Origin: the human T2T-CHM13v2.0 reference genome, Homo sapiens
DNA length: 64,000 nt
Assembly: GCF_009914755.1 (NCBI RefSeq)
Contig: NC_060932.1
Strand: one strand, 5' to 3'
A program made the translations under genes and the position numbers. The number at the start of each line of letters is the position of its first letter. Positions within the stretch are counted from its first letter, which is position 1. Shown one piece after another: positions 21,401 to 37,407 of this stretch. Under the pieces are notes generated by a model. It made no database searches. It was not told where the DNA came from and was given only the letters and a program-made list of their open reading frames with translations.

Positions 21401-22213
21401 GTTTGGTTTTGATTTTTCTTCTTTATTTTTTCTTTTAATTGTGTGTATGTGTGTGTGTGTGTGTGTGTGTATCAGTGTTTAAAACTTCAGGTTAGAATAT
21501 TTTCGTTTTCATTTAAGTTTAATCATTACATATGTGTCTCCAGAATAAGATTGAAAAATAAGCTCCCTTACTGTTTTATATGGCAGTATGATTAATGTGG
21601 GTTTTAAAGAATGATTTCTTAAAGCATTTGTTCATTCAGCAGGCATATTTTGAGTGTCTTTTGTGTGTTGTAGGCCAGGTGCTGGGGTACAGTAATGAGC
21701 AAGCAGTGGTCCTGTCCTTACAGAACTCGCCTGCCAGGGTATTCATGGTAGATACATTAGAAATGGAAGTAAAACTCATGCACGCGTAATTCACTGTGAA
21801 ACATTCCATACACAAAAACAAAATCTCATACCCTGTTGTTATCACTTAATCACAGTTTATAAATCTGTTTATATGTGTGTTTATTTTTTTAATGTCTGTC
21901 CTTACTACTAAATTGTAAGTGCCATGAAAGCAGGGACCATATCAATTATTCTTAGCACCTGGCTTGTTCTGTGTCTGACACAGTGAGTTTTCAAGTATTT
22001 GATGAATGAATAAACAGTAGCTATTTTGATAATGAGTAGCTTCTGACCTGTTTTTCTGAAATCCTGGTAAGATTGATTCTAGAGGAGCGGGGGTATAGCG
22101 GTAGCAGTAGGAGAGGGAAGAATGAACAGACGAAATGCTTTACTTGCCATATTTTTCATAATATCAAGTAATACGTGACATAGATTCAATGTTTGGGTTT
22201 TTTTCTTTGACAG

Positions 22214-22360
22214 AATTATAGTGAACATTATTCACAACACTTCCGATTACCATCCAAAAGTTTTGCGATTTTTGAATGTGGCTTTTGATGGCACAGGCGA
22301 CTGCTTAATTGCTGGGGACCACCAAGGAAATATTTATGTTTTTGACTTACATGGAAACAG
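22214..22360 (+). CDS. TBC1D31: TBC1D31 exon 2 (IIVNIIHNTSDYHPKVLRF...YVFDLHGNR)
   Basis: Acceptor ttttctttgacag|, donor AG|gtaagc; 147 nt, in frame. Confidence 0.95.
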
Positions 22361-22637
22361 GTAAGCAGATACCATTGATATCTACGTTATTTAACAAGTT
22401 ATTAATTCACTGACTGTTTTCGTACCTGCTATTCATTATTCATTCAGAAAGATTTATTAAGTTCTATTATATTTCAGGTACCTTGCAAAATACTGTCATA
22501 AGTGCTAAAGGACGAAAGTGGGAAAAAAACAGAATGATAACATGGTTCACATTTTAAAGAATTAAAGTGCTGGTTTTAATAGTATCTCTAGTAGTTTCCT
22601 TTTTTTTTTCTTAAATTTAAAAATTTATTATTGCTAA

Positions 22638-23170
22638 TTTTTTTTTTTTTTTTCTTCAGACGGAGCCTTGTTCTGTCGCCCAGGCTGGAGTGCAGTGGGA
22701 TGATCTCAGCTTACTGCAAACTCCGCCTCCCAGGTTCCAGCTACTGCACCCAGCCCATAGTTGCTAGTTTGTCAATTTCTGGTACATCATGAGGCAATGT
22801 AGAAATAACACAGTTTTCTTTGCACATTGTTGTTGTGGGGTGCCAGATCTAAGAATTTTAAAGAATTGATTTTCAGCTGGGTGTGGTGGCTCAGGCCTGT
22901 GATCCAGAAATTTGGGAGGCCAAGGCGGGCGGATCGCTTGAGGTCAGGAGTTCGAGACCAGCTTGGCCAACGTGGTGAAACACTGTCTCTACTAAAATAC
23001 AAAAATTAGCTGGGTGTGGAGGTGCACGCCTGTAATCCTGGCTATTTGGGAGGCTGAGACAAGAGAATCACTTGAACCCAGGAGGTGGAGGTTTCAGTGA
23101 GCCGAGATCGTGCCACTGCCACTGCACTCTAGCCTGGGCGACAAAGCAAGACTCCATCTCAAAAAAAAAA
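22638..23170. mobile_element. Internally deleted antisense Alu (22638-22756) and a sense AluS (22875-23170)
   Basis: Alu consensus matches. Confidence 0.85.
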
Positions 23171-23229
23171 AGTTGGTTTTCACTCTTCTTCCTCTTCTCT
23201 TCCCTTGTGAAACAATTTAGTCCGAAAGC

Positions 23230-24460
23230 AATTAGGTGGGATTGATGGAGATAGGTATTCATGCAGCGGGGCTAAGAGGGAAGGACAGCTGCAGCAGCCT
23301 AGCAGAGAGGCAGAGGGTGTCTGCATAGCGAATGGGGCAGTGATGGGAAGCTAGTTTAATACAGGGGGCTTTGATCAAATAAATATATTAGGGATAATGA
23401 GGGCCAAGTTTCTCACTCTTAGAAAAGAGACTTACATATATGGAGGGCAGAAAACTAGAATAAACCCCATGGTATTGTATTGGAATTAGATATATCAGTT
23501 TGAACCCCTGGTTTTGAATATATAGAGATAGATATAGCACTAAATAGAGGTATGTACACATATATGTACACATTCCCTAGCTTCGTACACCCAGAGGGCC
23601 TGGGAGCAACAGCATGCCAGCAGCAATGAATATACCCGGTGTTGAGTTCTTGTTTTCAAAATACCACTTTCTACTAAAAAGAATCAAGGATATTTGCAAA
23701 AATGGCCAATTTCAGAATGCAGACAGGGAAAGTACAGGATGAGCCTGTAACATTTTGTAGCCAGAAAGAAGGAATTGTTCAAAGAATGTTCGGGATGTGT
23801 CAAAAAGACACAGTTGCCAGCTTGAAGGAGCTCCCTCTGGTCATATTGGAGATGGGTCATGCATTGAATAAAATTGAAATCTATGAGTTCATGTTGTAAC
23901 CAGTATACAAACAGTTTAGTAAGGCATGGATATTGAATAGTCACAAAGTACCCCCCCCACAAAATACTTATTAATTATAGAAGAAAAAAAATTATACAAT
24001 GAAGAAGCCTAGCAAACACTGCCTTAATCAAATGACTAAAGTTAATATAACTAGTAGTGGAATGAATCAAAATTTGTGTGCCACCTGATAGGATGCAGTG
24101 AAAAGAACACGGCATCATTTCTGTGATATTCCTCCCAAGATATATAACCTGAATCTAATCAGTGGGATCATCACACAAAGCTAAATTAAGGACATCTAAT
24201 AACAAAACTGTGCTGATATCTCTACAAGGGACAAGATCATGCAAGTTGGGTAAAGACTAAAGAACTCCTAATCTGAGGGGGATGAAAGGGACATGACAAA
24301 GGCATGAATCTGGACTGATCCTTTTGCTATAAAGAACTTATTAGGAAAATTGGCAAAATTTGATTGGAGTTTTAGGATTAGATGGTGGTAATGTATAAAT
24401 GTAATTTATTGGTGCTGATGGTTATATTGTGATTATGTAGGAGAGTTTTCTTATTATGGG
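23230..24460 (+). mobile_element. L1MC-type LINE 3'UTR fragment
   Basis: gagccaagtttctcact, ggaaagtacaggatgagcctg and aacctgaatctaatca motifs. Confidence 0.7.
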
Positions 24461-25102
24461 AAACTTGATCTTGGTAACTTAAATAGTTAAAGAAAAGATG
24501 TGACATATAATTTACTTCTCTGTGATTCATTAGGTAAAAATCTGTAAATCATTGTTTCTGCCCTTTACCAAAAAAGTAATGGGCCCAACTTTTCTACCCT
24601 TTATTCTTGCTTAACTTACCTCACCAATTCCTAATCTTAAATCAGTACCACTGTCTATTTGCTAATACTTCTGAAAAAAATAAAAATAATTGTTGATTGA
24701 TTTCATGACAGAATAATGAACTTCAACATCGAGGACTCTTTGCACTTCATTTGCTTGTCTACGGTTACTTAACGTTTCCTATTCTCCACCAAGTGTTGCA
24801 AACCTTTACCAATTTCCTTGTCTCCTTGCATTGGACTCTACTCTTATTCTGACTGCCAGGCCTCCTGATTCATGGGAAAATAGATACCTTCAAGCTTTCC
24901 TTTCTCCTTCCCCATTGCAGCCTCAAGTATATTGTAAGTTCAGCCCACATTACCTTATTCATAAAGTTCAGCCCTCATTACCTTATTCATAAAAACAGGT
25001 GATCTTAATTTCTTCTAGTGCTAATCCCTATCTTCGATAGCCTCTCCTGAGATATTGCACCATAAGTGTTACTATTTTGTCCATTCCCTTTTCACTGTTG
25101 GT

Positions 25103-26035
25103 TGTTGGGGAGAAGAAATAATTTTTCCTCTACCCTTCTAGATTCTCAACTGGACCCTTGTAACAAAAGATAGATTAACAAGAGAAGAATGAATAAGTTA
25201 TTAATATCTATCATGCGTGTAACACATTAGAATACCCAGAGTATCCAGGTATTAGTATGAGATGTTATCAACTTGTGTCATGCATGTAACACGTGACAGT
25301 ATCCAGGTATTGCTAACTCAAAAAGTGGCTTATGCTCTGGCTTATATAGCATCTTCATCAAAGAACAATACATTTTTAGAGAAGTGACAAGACAAAAGAA
25401 GAGGACCTTGAGTCTCTAGGGGCAGCAAATTGTGGGAAGGCAAATATATGGGAAACTAATGGTAGTTATATACATTTCTCTGGTGCTATTTTCAGGATGA
25501 TAAAGATCTAAAGTCAACTCCTGTGATCAACCGTTGTCCTTCCTGGTAGAGAAGGGAAGAGGGACCCCTTTGTAAATGTATGCAAATTTATGTAAACTTT
25601 TAGACAAGAGCAGAGAGCTTTTCTTTTATTCTTTTTTTTTTTTTTTTTTTTTTTTGAGACGGAGTCTCACCCTGTTGCCCAGGCCGGGGTACAGTGGTGT
25701 GATCGGCTCACTGTGCAACCTCTGCCTCCTGGTTTAAGCAATTCTTCTGCCTCAGCCTCCCAAGTAGCTGGGACTACAGGTATGTGCCACCACGCCCAGC
25801 TAATTTTTTGTATTTTAGTAGAGACAGGGTTTCACCATGTTGGCCAGGATGGTCTCGATCTCCTGACCTCGTGATCCGCCCGCCTAGGCCTCCCAAAGTG
25901 TTGGGATTAGAGGCGTGAGCCACCGCACCTGGCTGAGAGCTTTTCTTATATCTGCTTTTTCTCATTTACCTTTAGCTCAAAGTAATCCTTATGCCAAAGT
26001 GGGATGTTCGGGATGGCATATTCTGCCACCCTTCA
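25103..26035 (-). mobile_element. MER31/MER34-like ERV1 LTR interrupted by an Alu (25625-25933)
   Basis: - strand begins tgaagggtggcagaatatgcca...cactttggcataaggatta; Alu TSD gagagcttttctt. Confidence 0.65.
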
Positions 26036-26469
26036 CTAAAAACATTTGTGGCTGAGCAGTTAGCAGCAGAGCTGGGACTTAAAAATCAGACTTGATCATA
26101 AAGCCCAGTATACTGGGCTCCCTAAAAATCTTCCTAATTGTTCAATCCATTGGTCACTTTTCAGTTCTCATTTTACTGAAACAGTAAATACTCTTGTCTT
26201 CCCATCCTGCCTGAAATTATTTTCTTTGGCTTCATGGTACAGCTTTTGCTGAATTTTCTACCTCTCTGATCATTTTTCCCCCTTATTTTACTGACTCTTC
26301 TTCCAGTGCCTTCCCCTTTCATGTTGTGCTCCCCAGACATCTTTCTTTGGCTTACTTCCTTCCATATTTCAGGTACTCTTTTCGATAATCACATCACCAC
26401 CAAGCCTCAGGCTTCATCTGCCATGTAAACACTGTTGACTTAGACCTACTTCTGCTACTACTACCTACT

Positions 26470-27160
26470 AGAAATCTTCTAGATTGGGCTCTCCAGGAGC
26501 CACTAGCTTGCATGTAAGTCTTGAGCCCTTGAAAAGTGATTGGTCCAAATTGAGATATGAAGCACATGTAAAATTAAAGTACACAGTGGATTTTGATGAC
26601 TTAATATGATAAAAAGTGTAAAATATCTCAATAATTTTTAATTGATTAAATATTGAAATACTAATGTTTTAGACACATATTGAGTTCATAAAGTATATTA
26701 GTCTGTTCTCATGCTAATAAAGACATACCCGAGACTGGGTAATTTATAAAGAAAAAGAGGTTTAATGGACTCTCTGTTCCATGTAGCTGGGGAGGCCTCA
26801 CAATCATGGCAGAACGCAAAGGTACTTCTTACGTAGTGGTGGCAAGAGAGAAATGAAGACCAAGGGAAAGGGGTTTCCCCGTATAAAACCATCAGATCTC
26901 GTGAGATTTATTCACTACCATGAGAACAGTGTGGGGGAAACTGCCCCCGTGATTCAATTATCTCCCACTGGGCCCCTCCCACAACGTGGGAATTATGGGA
27001 GCCACAATTCAAGATGAGATTTGGGTGGGGACAGAGCCAAAGCGTATCATGTATTATCAAGATTAATTTTACCTGTTTCTTCTTACTTTTCTAATATGGC
27101 TCCTAGAAAAATTTAAATTACGTATGTAGCCCACGTTGTATTTCTTTCAGACAGCATGAC
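26470..27160. mobile_element. MER33-like hAT-Charlie element hosting a THE1B LTR
   Basis: ccaaattgagat...aaaatatctcaataatttt...ctagaaaaatttaaattac. Confidence 0.65.
26694..27049 (-). mobile_element. THE1B-type solo LTR
   Basis: attagtctgttctcatgctaataaagacatacccgagactggg...gagatttgggtggggaca. Confidence 0.88.
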
Positions 27161-27800
27161 TCTAGATCAGTTTCACAAGGGCCTTAAACAACATGTTTAA
27201 AAGCAGGTTTATTATTTCCTACCCCCAAACTTATTCCTCTTTTGCCTAAGTTCAAAAGCTTAATTTTTTGTAAATTAAACTCCAGCTAGGTGCCCAGTAC
27301 TCTACTGAGCACTCAACATGTATTCTTTCATTTAGTCATCACAACAGCCCTGTATCTATTCTTATCTTCATTTTACGCAAGATCGGGTCCTGATTCCCTC
27401 TTCTTCACTCCATGTTGAATCCATACCGAACCTCTGCTTGGCTTCTGAAACCTCTCCTATTTATGCTCCCATATCTCTGGCTGAGATTTTCTGTAGTAAC
27501 TTTCTTAGTGATCTCCTTTATTCCTTGTCCCTCTATCCATTTGCCATTGCTGCCAGGATCGTCTTCCTAAAACACATACCTGATTGTGATTCTGCTGTGC
27601 TAACACTTACAGTGGTTTCCTATTCTGATAACATCCAAACTCCTTAATATGGCACATAGCACCCTTCATAATCTATTTTTGGCCTAAAATGGTAGCTCAT
27701 TTTTCTGGGTTTCATTTTCTTCGTCTCTACGGACTCCTTCCACATGGAATTTGTAATTATTGGAAGAATTTGTGATACTAATGCAATGATCTCTTAATAG

Positions 27801-27916
27801 GTTCAATCTTGTTCAGCGAACAGCACAAGCTTGCACAGCTCTGGCCTTTAATCTTCGTAGGAAATCTGAATTCCTTGTGGCATTAGCTGATTATTCTATT
27901 AAATGTTTTGATACAG
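27801..27916 (+). CDS. TBC1D31: TBC1D31 exon 3 (FNLVQRTAQACTALAF...SIKCFDT)
   Basis: Acceptor ctcttaatag|, donor AG|gtaaga; 116 nt. Confidence 0.95.
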
Positions 27917-27989
27917 GTAAGAAGTTCTCCTATTTTTCTTTTGAAGCAGAGTAAAATATAAACTGAAGAACTGCAAGAACTTTATCACT

Positions 27990-28370
27990 CTGTACAGCTT
28001 GAGGGGGCAGTCCCCATGACAGCCCTCCCTTCAGACACTAGGTGCAAGCTGAGGGTCCTAGAAACAGCCTCACTTTAGATCAGTTGACTACAAAGTCAGG
28101 GTTTCCTGACTACTGTCAGGTTTGATAATTTACTAGAACAACTCACAGAACTCAGGAAAGCACTACACTTAATGACAGTTTTAATATAACAAAAGGATAC
28201 AAAGTATAACTAGCCAAAGGAAGAGAAACATGGGGTGGAATTTGGGAGGCTTCCAAAAGGGAAGCCTCCATTGTCCTCAGGGATGCATTGCCCTCTCAGA
28301 TGACACTCCCAGCATTGGTGTGTGGCTGGCCATCTGCGCCAAGCACTGTTGACGCAGGGAGTCGACCCAA
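27990..28370. mobile_element. MER21-like LTR fragment
   Basis: ctcacagaactcaggaaagcact...aaaggatacaaa motif. Confidence 0.5.
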
Positions 28371-28509
28371 GCTTTGGTGTTTTTGGTGTTTTCCCTACCA
28401 AGCTGTTTTCTCTGCTTACAAAGATACACACAAGTACATCAGAATCAAGTTTAAAAACCAAATGTATTATCAGTATCTCACACTGATAAACCTGTTCCTC
28501 CTCATGTAT

Positions 28510-28654
28510 TTATTATTTTTTTTTATTTTTTATTTTTTTAGAGATAGGGTTTTGTCATGTTGCCCAGGTTGGTCTCGAACTTCTAGGCTGAAGTGATTCA
28601 CCTGCCTCAGCCTCCCAAAGTGCTGAGATTACAGGCGTGAGCCACCGCCCGGCC
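28510..28654 (-). mobile_element. FLAM/Alu monomer
   Basis: Single arm; TSD cctcctcatgtattt. Confidence 0.85.
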
Positions 28655-29260
28655 CCTCCTCATGTATTTCCTACCTCCGCTAACAGTATCACCATCTGCT
28701 TAAATAACTAAGCTGGAACCACTGGAGCCTTCACTTCTCTTATATCTCAGGACATCAATTTGATCACTAATATTTTTTGTTTTTCTCCTTAGTAGCTCTT
28801 GGATTTGTTCTTTTCTCCATTGCCTCTTTCTTAGTTGAGGCCCTCCATATCTCCTGTCTGAATTATTACAGCAACATATAAATTAGTCTTTCTTGTTCAA
28901 TCTCTTCCCCTCCACCAGATATCCTCAAAGTGCTCTTTCTAAAACATAGACTAGATATGGTACTCTTTTACATAAAATTACCTGCAAGAGAAAGCCCAAA
29001 CTCACTAGCATCAATTTTGAAGTTATTCTTCATCAAAGCCTTTGTCAGCCTTGTCTCCTACATGAATGAGATGTTGCTAACATGTCCCGTCATACACTTT
29101 ATCAACTAGCCACAAGCTTCCATTTTTGTGGATATTAATGGAGGTGCCTCATATAATACCTAACCACCCATTGGATCAGTTCATCTATGGTGTTTATATG
29201 TAATGTTACTTCTAGACGTACAGTGTTTTACCTGGGTAACAATTTTACTTTTTACCACAG

Positions 29261-29439
29261 TCACCAAGGAGCTAGTTAGCTGGATGAGAGGACATGAATC
29301 ATCAGTATTTTCGATCTCTGTGCATGCATCAGGGAAATATGCCATCACAACTTCTTCTGATACAGCACAATTATGGGACTTGGATACCTTTCAGAGAAAA
29401 AGAAAGCTGAATATTCGCCAGTCTGTGGGTATACAGAAG
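29261..29439 (+). CDS. TBC1D31: TBC1D31 exon 4, WD40 repeat (TKELVSWMRGHESSVFSISV...AQLWDLDTF...GIQK)
   Basis: Acceptor tttaccacag|, donor AG|gtcagt; 179 nt; GH...WD signature. Confidence 0.96.
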
Positions 29440-29874
29440 GTCAGTGAGGGGGTACATCTTGGTCTGTTGTGCTTCTCGGGCTAATTTCTTGGTCAACAGG
29501 ATGTATAGATGATATAAGAGTAATGATTCACTTTGTCCTTGTAGCTCTGTAACTCAGCAACAAGCAAAGCAAAGTGGCCGACACAAAGATGTTGCCTATA
29601 GCTACAATTTATAACTTAGTGAGCTCTTTTCTAAAATTATAGCTATGTAACTTCAACTGTCCTAAGGCGAAAGTTATTTAGTTGATTGCTTTTGTTTTCA
29701 TTTTTAACCCTCTGACATTTTATTATGAAAAATTTGAAACATGCAGTAGATTTGTGAGAATTTTTGAACACGTGTACATTCAGTATCTAGATTCTACCAT
29801 TAACATGTTACTGTACTATCCTTTACTCTACTTTACATGGTACCATACTCTCTTATGGGTCTATCCATCTTTCT

Positions 29875-30806
<932 letters not shown>

Positions 30807-31816
30807 CCACTCAGCATAATGTTTTTGAGATCCATCCATATTATATTTATTAGTAGTTTGTTCTTTCTTATTGCTGTTTAGAATTCTATTGTGTAAATAT
30901 ACCACCTTTTAAAAATCCATTTCTTTTGTTTTTTTCCAACTATGTAGAAACATATGGTATATAGGCCTCCAGTTGTACTCTTGTTCTGAGCCCCACAGAT
31001 GCCCCAGTTTGGTTCTATCATTTCTTTTAACAGACAAGCCACATAACCAACCTCTCTGGGCTTCCGTTTCCTGAGCAGGAAAATGGGTCTGTGGTAACCA
31101 CCTTACCAGGGCTGGTGAGAAAATGAGATAAAATAAATAATTCATGTCAACGGCTTGGCCGAGTGCCAGGCCCTTATATAGTAGCTCCCATTGTTATTTT
31201 GTCCTTTATGTCCCCTGGCTGTCATCTCCTGTGATTTCCTATATGACATCCAAACTGGTCTCTTTCATAGGGTTTCCACGCTGCTACCCCCTCCTCCCTC
31301 CTTACCACACCCAGTAACCTTCCCATTCTCTCCACCTAGTCAAATCTAACCCTTTCTTCAATTGTGATAATAGTTACTGAAGCATTTACTATGCTTCAGG
31401 CATTGTATTAAGAACTTTCCATACATTATCTCAACTCAGTCCTGACACTGCCTCAATGAAGTAGGCAGTGTTTATTGCTCCCCAAACACAAAGACACGGG
31501 GTCTGGAGACTGGAAGCACTGGCGGCTGCAAGTGCCAGAGCCGGCAGGGTGTGAAGCCAGATTGGAGCCTTTCTGCAGAGTCAGGCCTCCCAAATCCTGG
31601 GATGGAGTCAAGGAGCTTTTGGCTGTCCCACCCTTTTGGTAGTGCCCCGGTCACTCTTCCTCCTCCAAGTCCCCATATCCAAGCCTGTCATATCTCTTCA
31701 GCTCTAGGGGCCTGTCTGTGACTTCCACCCTAAGGGAGCTGGCACTTTGTGTCATGCTACATTGTCCACATCACCGATTCCCCCTCCCTCTCTCCCCTTC
31801 CTTCTTCCTCCCTGTT

Positions 31817-32115
31817 CTTTTTTTTTTTTTTCCTTTGCAACGGAATCTGGCTCTGGCATCCAGGCTGGAGTGCAGTGACACAATGTCAGCTCGCTACAAC
31901 CTCTGCCTCCCAGATTCAAGCGATTCTCGCCTCAGCCTCCTGAGTACCTGGGATTACAGTCGTGCGCCATGACAGCCAACTAATTTTTGTATTTTCAGTA
32001 GAGACGGGGTTTCACCATGTTAGCCAGGCCGGTCTCAAACTCCTGGCCTCAAGTGATCCACTCGCCTGGTCTCCCAAAGTGCTGGGATTACAGGTGTGAG
32101 CCACCATGCCCAGCC
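31817..32115 (-). mobile_element. Alu
   Basis: Antisense Alu. Confidence 0.88.
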
Positions 32116-32920
32116 TGGGCACCTGTTCTGTGCCAGGCTTTGGTGTTCAAAATGTTAGAAGTGGAGAAGTCAGAGGAAGATGGAATTATAGGTCTTTCCT
32201 CTTCAAAGCTTTCTGTTTGGCTGATTTTATTCAAATGAGCACACAGGCCCTATTCCTCAAAGCCACTTCAAATGTGGCATTGCTAGGTTGTTTTAGTCCA
32301 AGGAAGGCCGTCTCCTTAACTCCCACTGTCTTTTGGTTTTCAGGTTTTTTTTCTTTCTATTTCATTAGCTAAATATTATTTTCAGGAGTATCTGAGTCTC
32401 TTGTGTGATTAATTATTTTGCTTCAGGTTGTATTATGCATGCAGTACTGCTTTTAATTTCTAGGTTATTAACATGAACAGCTAGCAATGCATGTCAACCA
32501 AAAATTTACTTTGTAGTCTCCATGGAAATCCCAGAGTTCTTTAATGTGCTTTTAACAATTAAAAAGAGATAAAAGTTGTGCCAGCTTATTCATTAGGGAT
32601 TTAGGCCAAATGTCTTTTCTTCTTTAATTTAGGCCAAAGGTCTTTTCTTCTTTAATTGCTTTAGTACTTACATTTTGAATTTTAAGTTCCAAAGAAGAGA
32701 ACATTGGGAGTTGAACCCACATGGAAACAGAGTTATGAAACAATGACACATGACACAAAAGCCATCTGTTCTTTTTACTATGAAATTAAAATGAGTATAC
32801 GCTGAATAGTTGCCAACGCAAACCTTGCTTGGACATTTAGACATTTTAGTTTAAAAATTAGGACTGTGGAAAATGTATGTATAGTGTGATGTGTGCCTAA
32901 GTATATTAATGTTAGTGCTA

Positions 32921-33344
<424 letters not shown>

Positions 33345-34122
33345 TTAAAGGGCCAGTAAATATTTTTGACTTTGCAGTTCAAGAGCAAAATTATATAACC
33401 ATTCAGAATGTAACCATTTAAAGCCAGGTACCCAGCTACTCTGGAAGCTGAGGTGGGAGAATCCCCTGAGCCCCAGAATTCAAGACCAAGATGGGCAACA
33501 CAGTGAGACCCATCTCAAAAAAAAAAGTGACCATTCTTAGCTCCTGGGCTGTACAAAGACTAGAGATGGGCCAGGTGATGACCACTTCAGTTGTAAACAG
33601 GAAATAACTGTAACCTTAATATTAAAGTAAAACGTTCGGTTTTTAAAAAATTTTTTTCCCCTGACACAGCCCTCAGGAGAGCCTGAGAACATGTGCCCCT
33701 AAAAACGTTAATTCTTACCAAATTCTTACTAAACTCATATTTTTATTACAGATTCTGATTCTATATTTTAAATAGAACTTTTATTTATTTGTTTGTTTTG
33801 ATTGCACATGCGACCCTTCAGTAACTTGCTTTGGGTCTTTTGTTATGGATTTCATTTTTGATGGCTCTTTTAATCTCACACAGTCTTCTACTTTTTTTCT
33901 CATGACATTAATTTTCTGGAGAGATCAGACAGACCAGTTATCTCAGAAAATGCCCCACATTCTGGAGTTGTTTTTTCTGTTTCATCATTATTGTTTAATT
34001 TGTCTGTCTTTCACCTGCATTTTCTGTAAACTAGACATTAAGTCTAAAGGTTTGAGTAGATTCCTGTTAAACATTTTTGACAAGTTATTTATCTTATGTA
34101 TGGGAAAAAATAGTAAACAATA

Positions 34123-34362
34123 CAGGTTGAGGATTCCCAATTTGAAAATCTGAAATCCCAAATGCTCCAAAATTTGAAATTTTTTGAGTGCTAACATGAT
34201 ACTCAAATATCAAGCTCAAAGGAAATGCTCATTGGAGCATTTAAGATTTCAGATTTTCGGATCAGGGATACTCAATTGGTGAGTATAATGCAAATATTCC
34301 AAAGTCCAAAAAATCCAAAACATTTCTGGTTCCAAGCATTTTGCATAAGGAATACTCAGCCG
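34123..34362. mobile_element. Tigger4a/MER46A (Zombi) MITE
   Basis: caggttgag...aaatgctccaaaat...atactcagccg with TA on both sides. Confidence 0.8.
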
Positions 34363-34534
34363 TAGCACCTCCCTCAGGGTTGGTTTCAACATTAAGTGTG
34401 ATAATCTATGCAAAGTTAGCACAGTGCTGGTTGTATAGTAAGTGCTTAGTAAAATTGCATCTGTTGCAATTTTACCATCAAGCCTATGATAGGATTATCT
34501 CAGTGCAGTTAGATAATTTGCTTAAGCCGTAGGG

Positions 34535-34813
34535 TGGCAGGCACATGGGCTCATGCCTGTAATCCCAACACTTTAACACGCAGGCTGATTGCTTGAGCCC
34601 AGGAGTTTGAGACCAGCCTGGGCAACATGGCTAAACCTTGTCCCTACAAAAAATAGCCTGGTATGCTGGTGTGTGCCTGTAGTCCCAGTTACTCAAGAGG
34701 CTGAGGCATAAGAATCACTTGAACCCAGGAGGCGGAGGTTGCAGTGAACCAAGATCACACCACTGTGCTGCAGCCTGGGCGACAGAGTGAGCTCCTGTCT
34801 CAAAAAAACAAAA
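34535..34813 (+). mobile_element. AluJ-like
   Basis: gattgcttgagcccaggag diagnostic. Confidence 0.8.
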
Positions 34814-35731
34814 CTGTGGAGTAACTGTTATTTATTTTTTAGTTACATTATATTAACAATTCAGAAACCCAAAAGTATTTAAATAACTCAGTGGCAAAAT
34901 GCGATCTGACCTCAATTCATTTGGCAGCAAAATCTGAACTGAATTGACATGAGGCTGAAATATTAATATATTTGAGTATGGGGCATTGCCCCAGGTCTCC
35001 TAAAGTTCTACATAATGTTATAGAATATACATCATACTACCTATCTAAAATTGGAAATCTGCATTCTGAAACACATCTGGCCCCAAGGGTTTCAGAAAAG
35101 GAACTATGGAACTTTGATTTCAGACTGTTTTTAAAGAACCTACCAGTCTAACCTCTTTCCGCTGATTTTTGTAAGCAGTAATAGCAGTAATTATTAGTAA
35201 TAGTAATAGATACCCGTTATTTAGTATGTTCCATGAACCTTCATTTTAAATAGTTATTTTAAAGCTTTAATCCTAAAGGGTAGATATTATTATCCCCATT
35301 TTACAAGAAGGGAAACCGAAGTTCAGAAATATTAAGTACTTTGTCCAGAAATATTAAGTAATTTGTTCAGTATCACATAGTTTAGGAGAGAATTGCAGTT
35401 TGAATTCAAACCTGTCTTTATCTAAAGCCTTACTGCTTCTCAGGTAAACCAGTTACACCTCTTCAAATTAGTACATTTTTATTCTTTTGTTGATGTTTGG
35501 GGGTAAGATATTCAGCTCATTAGTTAAGGATTTTGGAATCCCCGGGATTTGTGATTACTGTGGTTCAGCAGGTATCAGAAAAGGCTTTGTGATGGATATC
35601 AGAAAACATCTAATAAAGAGTGTTTTGCTGAACTCAATTCAGCCTGTGTACCCAGGACACTCACTAAATACTAAATATACAAATAATACATTTGACCTTA
35701 ACTTGCTAATATTAGTATCCTAAACTCTTTA

Positions 35732-36074
<343 letters not shown>

Positions 36075-37114
36075 AGGTAAAATAAACCTTGAAAAGAGTT
36101 CATCTACCTCCTAAAACTGAATTGGAAAGCTTAGGATTTTTGTGTTCTACAAGGAAAAACTACAGCTCCGTCCTTGAACCTAACCCCCCAAAAAGTATAC
36201 TTTGTTAATGTTTTGAAGTTTTTCCTAAGGTTTTTATGTTTCTCAAGAGATGACACTATCTAAATAATAATGACATGCTTCATTAGGAACAATTTTATAA
36301 TCATTAAAATATGGCAATTAAAATCACAAATCTAGTAATGAATAATCATGTAGGCAATAATCTATCACAGTTATTCTGCTAAAATAGCAGTTGATGCTCA
36401 TTAACTTTTAAGCTTCTGCTTTTCCCAGTAGGAATAAACTTTATTACTTTTCCAGAAAAATGACTGCTAATTATAATAATAATTTTCTTAAGTCACTTTT
36501 TGACATCAGTTTTGAAACAGTGTTCTAATGCGTTCATTATAGATTATAGAAATCTGTAAGGCCTTCATATTATAAATCTTCCTAACAGTGAATCTAATAG
36601 CAAAAGATCTACCACAGATTGTCTTTAGCAAAGTGAGCCAAGGAAGAAGGGAGGAGCTTGATCAGGCCCTTGCCTGATCTGTCAGTATCTGATGTAGTTG
36701 AGTTCGTATTTTTTATTGTCTTATTGGCATTAATCCTGAGTAGATTATTTTTGCTAACCAGTCTGTTCTCTAGTGCATTATATATGTGTGTGTGTTGTAC
36801 AGATGACACACAAAATTATATTCAAGGCCACTGAAACTTTTACGAGAAAATATTGGTTAATTTCCGTTAATAATTTTGCATTAACAAAAGGAAGCATTGT
36901 TTATGCTTATGTGATAGAAAAATGAAAATTAGGAGAATAAAGTGATGACATTTTCAACTTTACTATCAGTTTCATTCTCAGTTGTCCATTAAATGAACTG
37001 AATCTGTAATAAGATAGGATTATATATGCATTTGCACCTTTTTACTCATATAAAAAAATGGCTTAACACTTACTTATCCTGAAACACTTTGCCCAGTATT
37101 CCCAAAGGACTAAC

Positions 37115-37407
<293 letters not shown>

